Shown one piece after another: positions 1 to 11,077 of a stretch of DNA of 64,000 nt. The stretch is taken from assembly GCA_013239625.1 (NCBI GenBank), contig MU053758.1, positions 1,302,001-1,366,000 of the forward strand. Direction: 5' to 3'. The DNA is from Lama guanicoe (taxonomy: Eukaryota). Each line of letters opens with the position of its first letter. Position 1 is the stretch's first letter. The notes under the pieces are model-generated. The model saw only the letters and a program-made list of their open reading frames with translations, made no database searches and had not been told where the DNA came from. The translations under genes were made by a program, and so were the position numbers.

Positions 1-898
1 CCCTCAAGGGTGAGAGTGGGGTGGAGGAGGGGGAGATGTCATGCCTCTGGTGTGACTATGAGTGACACAAGTTTTTTCCACATGTGTGTTCTTCATATGT
101 TCCTTGTCCACATGCACTCTCCATCCCTCCCAGAATCACAAGCCTAGTTGGCGTGGACCCCATTTTTTGCAGCCTGGAGCATTAAACAGATTCCCTCCCT
201 CTCCTTAAGTGAGAAGCCCCCTATCTGGGGCCTCCCCAAAAGTAAAGGGATTCAGGAATCAGGGAGGAGGTAGGCATGTCCCATCGCAGAAAAATGACAC
301 TTCTTCCTCCCACCAGGGGACCCGTAGCCCTCAGCTGGTCAGGGCAGGTTACGGATAGATCGTGCAGATCCTCAACCTTCCCACCTGCTCAAAGCCTCAA
401 AGAGACGTGAACCCCATGAACCCCACTCCGGGACCCTGGATAAGGGCAGGCGAGTTTGGGGAAATTGAATCCTGGGGAGGGGGCGGTTAGAAAGGCCTGA
501 GTCGGCAATCTAGAACTCACGTGCGCCCACCCCCAGCCTGGGGGCGGGGTGAGGGGAAGGAGGGAGTGAAACAGGAAGAGAGATGGAGCGGCAGAGAATG
601 AAAGCCTTAGAGAGAAACTGAGACAATGGACAGTCAGAAAGAGATCGAAGGGCAGAACTGGGGCGGGGCAGGCACTGGGAGCAGGACTGCCGCGGCGGTG
701 GGGGCGCGGGCAACAGGAGTCCAGGGAAGGGTTGCCCTTTCCCTTTCTTCGGTAGCATCAGAGATGCGCAAAAGGTCAGCGCTGAAAGAATGCAAGTCCG
801 TCCTCTCAAGAAGGGGAAATTGAGGCTGAGTGATAGAGTCAGTAACATGGAAAACGGAGCCGGGAAGGACTCAACCTCTTGTCTCCCACCCTGCGCTC

Positions 899-975
899 NN
901 NNNNNNNNNNNNNNNNNNNNNNNNNNNNNNNNNNNNNNNNNNNNNNNNNNNNNNNNNNNNNNNNNNNNNNNNNNN
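899..975. other. Assembly gap (N run) followed by G25
   Basis: Seen directly. Confidence 0.99.
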
Positions 976-2280
976 GGGGGGGGGGGGGGGGGGGGGGGGG
1001 CAGGGGGGAAGGAAAATGGAAACTGGTCTTGACTGTATTTGCATGGCAAGCGCACTTCTTCCTTTGAGATGTTACGTATCATTAAAAATAGCAAAACTTT
1101 CTAAAGGATGCTTTTACCCCACTTTACATAAGATAACATTGAAATGAGGGGATGCAACCTCCTCCCTTGGCACCCCCTACCATTGATGCTCAGGAAAGAG
1201 AAGGTCAGAAAAGGGGCCAAGAGCGTGTTAACATCCAGAAGGAAAAAAAAATCATCTCTCTTACCCACCCCACCTCCACCCAGAACTCAGGATCACCTGG
1301 GTTCTCTTCCTGACTCTGGGAAAGATGGAGAGGTAGGCCCTACGTGACACTGACTGGGGTCTGGGCATTCGTATTTCAGCCTGGCTTCTCCTATCTACAC
1401 CACCCCTGCCAGAAAGACCCCCAGCAGAACCTGGCCCAGAGAGGGAAGGGGACTGTTTCCAGGTCACGCAGCCCCCTGGGCGAAGGTGGGGGAATTCCAA
1501 CAGGAGACTCTGGACCCAGGCCCAGGCACCAGTTGAGCTGCCAGGCTGATACCCAGGCCCTGGATGTCCCAGGGACCCACTGGGTCCACTCACACCCTCA
1601 GCAGCAGCTTCACTCCTGGCTCCCTTGAGAATTGGGGCTGAAAGAGGCAGATTGAAAGGACACTCTTTGGGAACCTACCTGTCTTCATCCTCAGTTCCTT
1701 CCTTCTCCAAGCTGCTGGGTGAGGTAACCCAGGAATAATGTGACTCCCACCTTGGTGACGTCCCAAACCTTTGGTCCCACAGACATGCTGGGATAGAGTG
1801 CCCGCAGCCCTACCAACTGGGAGCTCAGATCCCAGCAAAAGCCTCCAAAAGAAACCACTTTTCCATGTCTGCCTCTGACTCCTCTGAAAATTTAGGGGGC
1901 TAATAGGAGGGGCTTCCAACTCCCTTAGTCATCCTAGGAAGCCAAGCTGAATAGCAGTGACTGATATTCACCCAACCACAAGCCAATTTTGTGGTTTCAG
2001 TTGTTTTCAGAAGGAGCTGCAATGCAGCGGCAGGAGGCCCTGGGCAGAGGAGTGGGTTGCCTCCTGGACCCCAGCCCCTGCCTGGGGCACTGATGGGGCA
2101 GGGAGGGGGCACTCGGCTCTGCCCTGGCACAACTCAGCCCAAGCTCAGGAAGGCCGAGAACTGCCCCCTATTCACACGGAAGGGTTTGTAACAGCTAGGA
2201 ACACCTCTCTCCCCATCTTCTCCATGTCCCTCTGTGACTTTACTGGCTAGGCTGGCTGCTTCCTGGATCCAGGGTGAACC

Positions 2281-2425
2281 CTTTTCTTTTCTTTCCTTTT
2301 TTGTTTCATTTTGTTTTTCTTTCCTTTCTTTCCTTTCCTTTCTTTCTTTCTCTTTCTTCCTGCCTTCCTTCCTTCCCCTTCCTTCTTCCCTCCCTCCTTC
2401 CTTTCTTTCCTGCCTCTTCCCTTCT
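2281..2425. repeat. Polypyrimidine (CTTT/CCTT)n simple repeat
   Basis: About 145 bp nearly pure C/T tract. Confidence 0.9.
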
Positions 2426-5400
2426 CCTATATTGTGTGTGTGTGGCAGAAATAATTCAGGAGCCACAGTGAAGAGAACAGAAGCTGCTGGAAGATCCCCC
2501 AAATGAACATGGCTTATCAGGGCCCAAATCCAAATCCCCAGACGCCCAGGCCCAGCCTCCTGCAACTCCGGCTGCAGCACTCACTGCCCCGCAGTCCCTA
2601 AACTACATCTGTTCACCTCCCTTGTGGGCTGGGAAAAGACCTGGATTAGCATTAAGGGAGTAGATTTTAGAAGAATCTCAGACAGATAGAAGGCCAAAAA
2701 CGTCAGAGAGGGAAATTAAAACCACCTGGTCCAGTCCTGTTCTTTTTTTTTCTCATTGAGGAGCCGAAGCTCTGAGGAGTGACGCAATGTCCCCAGATCT
2801 TGGTGAGAACGAGAGGTCCTCACTCTCAGGACAGGCTCTGAGCACCTTCCTGCACTGCCCCACAAGGTGCAGATTTTCTTGGCTCTCAGTGTTGACCATA
2901 CTCCCGGTCCTGATGACCAAGTTGAAGAATCAGGAAACAAGGGGCCGGCCAGGCACAAGGGGGCAGATCCAGGGCAATCAGCAGCCAGGCAGAGAGGTTT
3001 CGCATTTTTTCTGAAAATATGCAGCATCGCCATATCCTCTTCCTCCTGGAAGCCCGCCTGAATTAGCACTGGGCCTGTGACCCTCCACACCTGGGGCAGG
3101 AAGTGGGGTCTGGACAGGAGTGGGGGACAAGAGAAGCTAGGGAAGGGGAGGCCCACCAGTGGGTAAGAAGTTGCCCTCATGAGTCACTGTGGCGCAGGTG
3201 CAGGCCTCCTGGGGCTGTCCATCTGTGGTTAAGGTTTATCACGTGACTTCCACAAAGGATAGTGGAGTGGTGGGCCCGAGCTGGCTCACAGCAGCTCGCA
3301 AGAGCTGATTAGGTGAGTCTTTTCCCAAGGTTCAGTGCCATCTTAGTGGCAGCTTAAATTGGAGAGCCGGTTGTTGAGTGTTCACTAGCACACCACTGGC
3401 TAATGGGGTCAGCTTTAAAGCCAGGAGCACGTGCACGTGGGACTTCACGCATGTGTTGATGTGCACTGTTTCTGTGGTCCACGCGGGGCCATGTGTGAAT
3501 GCATGGCAATGCATGCCCATGTCCCCGTGGCACCTGGAACATACAGTGTGGCACTGTGCTCCTGGTTGTGTGAGACTGCGTGTATGCAATGCGTGTTGGG
3601 AGGAGTGTGTCTCTGCAGGTGGGTGTCACTGGGAGCCTGGTAACTGAGGAAGGGTGTGTGTATGTGCACAACCTGGACTTTGGAAGGGGTTGTGTTTGCT
3701 TTGTACATCTGGGGCTATGTGTGACATAACAAATCTGGGGGACTGAGGGGAAGAGACCCACACGTGCCCACTGCAGGGGACTAGGGCTGTGCCTGCCACC
3801 AGACACACAAACCCCTGAGCTCTGAGACCCCCTGTGCCAAGTCCTGTTCCGTCCCTCCTCAGTCCTCAGGCTTAACCACCTGCCAGTCCTGGAGGGAGTG
3901 GCATGCCAAGGCAGGCAAGGGGCTCTCTGATCCCCCAGGTAAGTTCTCTGCGTTTGCTGGGCACACCATAAAGGCCAGCACCAGGGGGCACTGTCCTCTT
4001 CCCTGCCCCACACCCATGCTTCTGGGTGACCTATCTCCTTCACACCATCTCCTGATCCTCCCCTCCCCTCCCATCCACAGATGGCTTTTGCTGTCTGGGG
4101 GAGGGATGGGAGAGTTCAGCTCCTGCAACACCCACAAGGCCACGGGCCCCAGGAAGGGGGGGGACAGGATCATCATTCAGTCGGTCCCATCTACCTACTC
4201 ATCTGTGGGCTAAAAGCCTGGGCTGGGTGTCCCTTTGGAGCAGAGGGCCTGGCCGGAATAACCCGCGCTCCCTGCATCCTTCTGTCCCTCTGCTGACCAC
4301 CCCCAGCTCCTCTGCCCCAGGGAACTTGGCTCCTCCACCCTGCTTCCCTGGCCAAGAAGTCCTGCGGTCCTCTTGCTCTAGGCATAGCGAAAGGAGCTAG
4401 TCTTCCCTTCACCATGGCTGTTTTCTCCTCTTCTTCCCTCCCGGGTCTATAAGGCCAGAAGAAGAAAGGCATGTTGATAGGACAGTGGAAGAGGGACTGA
4501 GATGAGAGACAGGCTTTCTCACCTGTGGTCTTCCCTCCAATCCCTTACCCACGTCTCGTGTGGGGACAGATGTCTTCTGATGTCTGAACCCACTCTCATC
4601 CTTCCTCCCTGGAGCCTTCAGACGCCCACCACCTGCAGCAGGTCATTCTGCTCATCTGTCTGCCTCTGGTCTGTGCTGCCCCTGTGCCAGCCCAAACTCC
4701 CAGTCTTAGAGGGAGGGAAGCATCTGCTATGGAAAACATCCAGGGAACCGGACCCCTCGGCTCATCTGGGAAATGTGCTCCAGTGTCTTCACAGGAAGTT
4801 CTTCCTAAAGTCTAACCTAATGTTCCTTCTGCGGCAGCCGCGCCCAGCAGCTTCTTCCGATATCAGCCAACCTTACTCCTTCAGATGAAGCTGGGCTCTC
4901 AGGCAGACAAGGAGCCAAGCTCCAAAAACGAAAACAAAAGTCTCCCCTAGTCCCCAGCGCTCTCTGCATGCCCTGCCCGCCCCCTGCCCCCAGCCGCCAC
5001 AGAAACCCGCAGGGCATTGGAGCCTTCATCCCAAAATGAGTCAGGGCCCCTCAGGGGGGTTGAGCTGGGGCACAGGAATTTCCCTTCATGCCAAGCAATG
5101 CTCTACTTGACACCAACCTCTGTCCAGCCTCCTTGGCCCAAATGGGCAAGATGGGCTTCCACTCGGAGGTGCTGGACTTCCTGTGGGTGAGCCCAGCTGG
5201 CCCCGAAAGCGCCTTCCTCTCTGGCCCCTTTTAACACAAAATTTGGTCCCTAAATGTGATGCCAAAGGGAGGAATCCATGTGAAATGCCTATGTATGGAG
5301 TTGAGGGCAAAAGTGCTCACGCCCCCTGTGCTGTATGCTGCGACAGCCTCCCCCCACACCCCACGGTACCCTCTACATTTTCATTCCAAGGAAGTAATTG

Positions 5401-8400
5401 AAATAGAGGCTTCTTCCTAGGTCTGAGGACCCAGGGGACCCACAAGCAGGTATCAAGAGGCCAACTGCAAATCTTCAAGCCCTTTCTTTCTCCTCCTGTG
5501 CTCAAGAGAGCAAGATTTTCCCAGTAGGGAGGGAAGTGCTGGGGGTGGGGTGGTTCCCGGGCCAGAGAGGATGGCTGGCTGGGAGAGTGGAGGCAGCAGG
5601 TGGTTCCACTGACCTCTGTGGAAGCTGGCATACTCCCCCCAACCCCTGCACTGCATATATTCTCTCCCTCCAAAATAGCATCTCTGGAGGGGGGAGTAGG
5701 GGAAGTTCTCAGCTCATTCGTCGCTCCTTCCCACAGTGTGTTCACAGCTCCCTCCACTGTCTCTCGTGACCTGGTTTCCCTGCCAGGCCCCTTCTGCTCT
5801 GCCTCCACCCTCACCATTTGCTCTTCTAGGTCCCAGGACCCCTCTGGCAGAAAGGGAGCCCCCTCTCTCCTTCACCATCTCCCATCTCCCAGCTGTGGCT
5901 ACCGCATCATTCCCTGCCCTCTTCGGGACAGGAGTGAATTCAATGCACATAACTTGAGCACCAAATGTGTTTGGAGAGGTCTGTAAGATGGTCACTGGGG
6001 CAGAGGAGAAATATGTCAAAATGGAGCAGTCCTGGTTCTTTTCTCCAAGGATCTCACAAGGGAGAGGCCTGACACTTGGCAATACTTCCAAGTAAGGTGG
6101 ACAGAGGCTTCTAACTGAGCAGGGAGTCCCTTCTCTCGCTCACCCTATAGCCCTAGGGTCAGGGTCTTACACATGCCATTTCTAGAATCTACTCACAAGC
6201 TCTCCTGCTATTGTTTGGATTATTTCTCATGCACAATGTTCCCTTGAGCGGCTCCCAGGTTGACAGGGGCCGTTCTGGCCCTGTCCTGGGAAATGCCCAG
6301 TCTGATGGGGGGGAAGCAGGATGGACTGAAGGGAACAGTTCCCCAGCTGGGCAGAGCTCGGGTGCTCACAGCTGTGAGAGAGGCTCCAGGGAGAGGGTTC
6401 CCAGAGGAGGGAAGGGTGGGTGGAGTAGGCTCCAAAAAAGGGAAGGGGCAGGGCTGGGGTGTTTGGGGTGAAGGGAAGTGGGAGGCCAGGATGGCGTGTC
6501 TGCCCAATCCGAGGAGGGAGGAGTGCTAGTAGGTGCCTTTCCCCAGCTAGGGGCCGGCTGTGGATCTGTCCTCCTGCCCCCCAGCACTGGGAGTGTTGGA
6601 GGCAAGGAAAAGAGCCTCAAAGGCCCCCCAGGGAATCACCTCCCCACCTTGTTATTTCTGGCTCCATTTTCTTGGTCAAGAAGGGTGTCAGTGGTAATGC
6701 AAATTAGGAGGTGTTGGAGGTGCTGGCCGACACCCATCCTGTCCCCACTCCCAGCCTCCCCCCTCCCCCGTACCCACACACATACAGCGGACTGCAGCAT
6801 CTGCAAGGCGCGCCTGCTGCCTTTGCCCTGGGCTGAGTTGGCGTGGAGGGTGGGTGATGCTGCAGGTTCTCAGGGGCTCCCGCCTCTGCCACAAGGACAG
6901 GACACCCACCAAGAGAGCCTCCAGCGGATGCCCAGGCCTTCCCCTGCCCCAGCCCCTCCTGCCCTCAGCCTTGCCAGGCCTCCCTGGGTCATTATCTGCA
7001 TAGTCAGTCAGTGCCCAGAACCAGAGACTCCCCTCCAGGCTGGAGCCTTCTCAACAGCACCTCTCAATCAGGGCCCTCTGCAGATGTCCCTTATATTTCA
7101 AAAGGCACTTAGGCAATGGGGGTCGGGTGGGGGGTTGGGGGGGGCAAGGAGCACAGCTCTGAGTGCCAAGAATTTCTCTGGGGCAGGGCAGGAATACAGG
7201 CGGGACTACAGAATCTCACACGGGTTCCCCCCATGTGTGGTATCTGCTCAGATGCCTGTTTCTACCCCTTCCCAGTTAGAACCCCCTTGCTCTGGACGGT
7301 TCATCCTTGCGTCTAACCTCCATTCTGCCTGCAGTAGCCAAAGTTGCTCCATTCTTGTCCTTACTAAAGGAGAAATGGCACTGGGGCAGCTGTTCTGCAC
7401 CCCTCTACCCTACAAAGATATCCCTGACTGAAACTCTCACCCTTTCTGCTCTTCTTCATTAGTCCTAATCAGCGGGTGTGGTGTTTCTCATTAACACGGC
7501 TGACTCACCCACACACCCCTCCCTTCTGTGCGAGATCAGCTGCCCACACCCTCCCCCCACCAGCAGCTTCTCAAAGGAGCTGTTGCTCTCCTCAGCTGAT
7601 CCCTGGCACAGCCTCTACAGGGACCAGAGGGGCAGGGGTTGCCATGGCCTGGTAGCTCTGCAGAAATCCTGGGGGGAGTGGGCCAGGGCTACTGGGTCCC
7701 CAGAGATGAGGCAGGGAGGCCTGAGGGCCCGCTGGTGGTTGACGGAGAGACTGAGGGCAGTGGGGCCCGAGCCCGGATGCTGGGTGTTGGACTTTCGTTG
7801 GGCACTTGGAGATAAGTCCATGGATGCCTTGGCACCTGTGAATCCTCCCCGACCCCGGTCACCTTCCGCTCTGGGTCTGTGCTGGTGTGAGTGGCTCCCA
7901 GGTGTGTCTCCTCCAGCCTCAACAAGATCTTCCTGCCACTTTGCTCGCATGCAAGTTGTGTCAACCCCCTCACTTTTCCAGGAACCCAGAGATCTAGACC
8001 CCCTTGCCCCACACTCTTTCAGGCCCTTTGCTGCCGAATTACTCCCACAGAGTAATGAGCAGCCAGTGTCCTTCTTCTGACCACAGCCCTGGTTTGGAAA
8101 AGAGTGAGTGTTGGCAGGGCCCCCAGCCCCTCTTCCAGCTTCCTCACCCTCAATGTCATCTTCTTTGCGGGGGCATTAAGTTAAAGGCATTAAGTAAAAG
8201 ACCAGCTAATTTTCACCTTCTCCCGCTTCCCTCCCTGCCTCTGAGCCCCTTCCCGGTTCCCCAGAAATCAAGAAGACAAGCTGCACTCTGTGTCGCCATG
8301 CTCCCCTCACCTGGGTGACAGGGGGAATGTCCAGGTGGCGAGATACCTGGGTTCCCTCCCCTCTTCAGATGAGCTCAAGGGCCAGACCTGGTTCCCCAGG

Positions 8401-9542
8401 TCATGCCCCCCACTTGTACCTCATTTCCAGGTCATCCTTTGCCCTTTTCCTCAACGGCTAGGATTTCTCTTTGCCTGTGTCCCAGTACCACCCCTAGTTT
8501 ACTCATGCCTTTCTAGCAAGGGTTTCCAGAGAGCCAAACAAGACCCAGACCCAGAAACCTGGGTGCTGCCTTCCTCTGTGGGAGTTGACTGAGGTAGAGG
8601 AGAACCAGGTAAACCCATGTGCCAAAGGTTCCAGAACCTTCTTTCCCAGGGCTTGTGAGAGGCCATGTCCCACAGAGATGGCTGTTCTCACCCTTCCTGG
8701 CACTTAGGACTTGCCTGCAGATGAAATCAAGGTTGGGTAAACCTTTAGAGGTCAGCCATAGTTGTCAACTGCAACAGAGGAGCAGGGGATGCTGGGAAGT
8801 CTCCCCATGGGGGTCTAGACCTTGGCACTGAACGGGGAAGGATGTTCACCCTGGGTCTGGAGCTGAACCTCTGGCCTTCAATAAGCCATTGCCCCTGCTT
8901 TTTGTTCTTCAGTGAATCTCTGGCCAAAAGAGTTGGGTGGAAATAAAAGGCACTCACAGTTGATGAGTAAGTAGCTCAGGCCCTTTCTGCTGCCAGAGGG
9001 CACAGCCCCAGCTGGGGCAGAAGTCATGGGTTCATGACCTGACTCTGACCTTCCAGGCTGTGGGACTTTACAAGGCATCTGCTGAGCCTGGAGCCCAGTC
9101 CCCACCCTCTGCTCTCTGACCCATAAGAACGTGGAACCCAGATGTTCTACCTCTTTGAGGCCCCAGCCTGGTTCCTGGCACAAGAAATCATTTGATGAGA
9201 AAACAGTGGTACTGATCAATGAATTCTCAGGGTGCCAGACCTGTTGGAAGGGAAAATTCATGAGTTCCTGACATCTGCTCAGGGCTGGTCTTGAAAACGC
9301 TTTGTCCTGCTCCCTATCTGTTCCAAATAAATTCACGTCACAGGTCACCTGTAGCCACTTGAACGCCCACTTCTCCAGAATCTCCTCAGCACGTGGCTGC
9401 CCCATGCATCACCTATTTGCCCAGTGGCCACTCTCCCACAGTTGTGGTTCCTCAGACAGTTTCTAAGACCTCGTGCTACAAGGGTTCTCTCTCCATCCCA
9501 GCCACAGAGGGCACAGACCGAGCGCAGATGGAACAGGTAAGT

Positions 9543-9548
9543 TTTATT
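9543..9548 (-). terminator. TBKBP1 polyadenylation signal AATAAA
   Basis: AATAAA about 1.4 kb after the stop codon, followed by a GU/U-rich downstream element. Confidence 0.8.
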
Positions 9549-10948
9549 TGGACTGTCAACTTGTTCAGAGAGCTCAGGAGCCCCACCTCCCCTCTCCAGT
9601 TCCCCTTCCCCATTTCCCCTCCCTGGGGAACACTCAAGGTACAATGCCATGTGTCTCTGGAGTCTTTGGCCCCTTCCCCGCCCAACACACCCCTCACTCC
9701 CCTGCACTGAGGAGGAGGGGAGAGGTGTGAAGAGGTGGGGGACCTGGAAGAGTTGGATCAGAATGGTACATGCACTGACAGTAGCGTCCACTGCCTCCCC
9801 CCGCCTAGGCAGAGGCCCGGGAGAGGCTCACAGTGGAGGGGGTTGGATTCATTGTGGGGCGGCAGGCTCCTGCCATAGGAAGCTCCCCACCTCAGCCCTG
9901 GGGACCCCCTGGCCTCCTGCTTACCCGTCCTTCTGAGGGTACAACTCTGAGGTAGATTTCACAGAGGGAATGTGGGTCGCTGGGCGTGGGAAGGGGGTTA
10001 GCTCTTTTGAAGTTGGTCTCCACAGCACCCGGGGCCCATCCTCAGGTTCTGGCCTGGGAGGCAGGGCTGATGACACCCACCCAGCTAACAGAGGCTGAGT
10101 CACACACAGGCTCCAGGGCACCTGTGGTGTCGGGGCTTGAGTGGAGTCAGGGTGGAGGAGAGCATCTGCCTTAGTGATCTGTGCCTTGGAGCTAGGGGCT
10201 CCAGGAGGAGGGCATGGGCCCAGGAGGCTGGCACAGATTGTTACCTGGCATGAGGGTCATGGGGCCTCAGGGCAGCCTCTTTAGGCTGGATGCTCCCAGC
10301 CCTCCAGGGTCCTCCCTCTCCTCTCCCACCCTCCCTATTCCCCAGGGTGGACAGAGGGGGAGAAAAGGGTTGGCCTGAAGGGAATGGCAAGAATCAAGAT
10401 GCCTCCTTCCCCCAATGGGGACCCATGCCACGAGCCCTGACCTAGCCATGAGATGGAGGAACTGGCATCAATGTGCAGGGCATGCTCTGGGACCCCACAG
10501 GGAGGTGCTCCCTGGACAGAGCACAGCCTGAGAAAGATGGACATCTGGGGAGGGGCTGAGGAAGTTCCTGGAGTCTTCTGATACCCTCCCCCTCCCCCAG
10601 GCCCAAGCACTAGACACCTTCTGGGATCCACCTGCTTGAGAACAGAAAGGCAGAGGGAGAGGCTGGGTGGGGTGATATGCCCCTTCCCATCCCAGCCCTG
10701 ATCCCCACCTCCACAGCAGAAGCCCAGAAGCTGGGGAGAGCCTCAGCTGACTTCCCAGGAAGAGCCAGGGCTGAGTGGTGCCTGGACCAGGGAAGACGGC
10801 ACACACGTTGACTTGGTAGCTAGTGGAGGTATCTGGGGGTTGCAAGGGGCAGAGGCCCCCCACGAGAGTCATGCAGCATTCAAAGTGAGTGAGTGTTTGG
10901 GGGTGATGGGAGAAGGTGGAGAAACAGCCAGTGGGTGGGGGAGGCACC

Positions 10949-11077
10949 CTAGATCTTGCTGTTCTCCAGGTGGGAGTCAATGTGTTTGATGAGGGCATCA
11001 TCTGGATACCCAACAGGGAAACCCAGCTGGCAGAGGGGGCAGCTGCGGATATCAGAGCCCACTGTCTCCATCAGCAG
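10949..11077 (-). CDS. TBKBP1: TBKBP1 last coding exon (LLMETVGSDIRSCPLC...HIDSHLENSKI*), zinc finger
   Basis: cccacag acceptor; 129 nt; TAG at 10949-10951. Confidence 0.96.
   Translation of the reverse strand: MLMETVGSDIRSCPLCQLGFPVGYPDDALIKHIDSHLENSKI

Noticed and set aside
976..1000. G25 run as a G-quadruplex
   Set aside because: It abuts an N gap, so its length and reality are unreliable.
6478..7431. 317-aa plus-strand ORF, the longest in the track
   Set aside because: Starts at GTG, is Pro/Gly/Ser-rich with no recognisable domain, and has no evident splice structure; expected by chance in GC-rich intergenic DNA.
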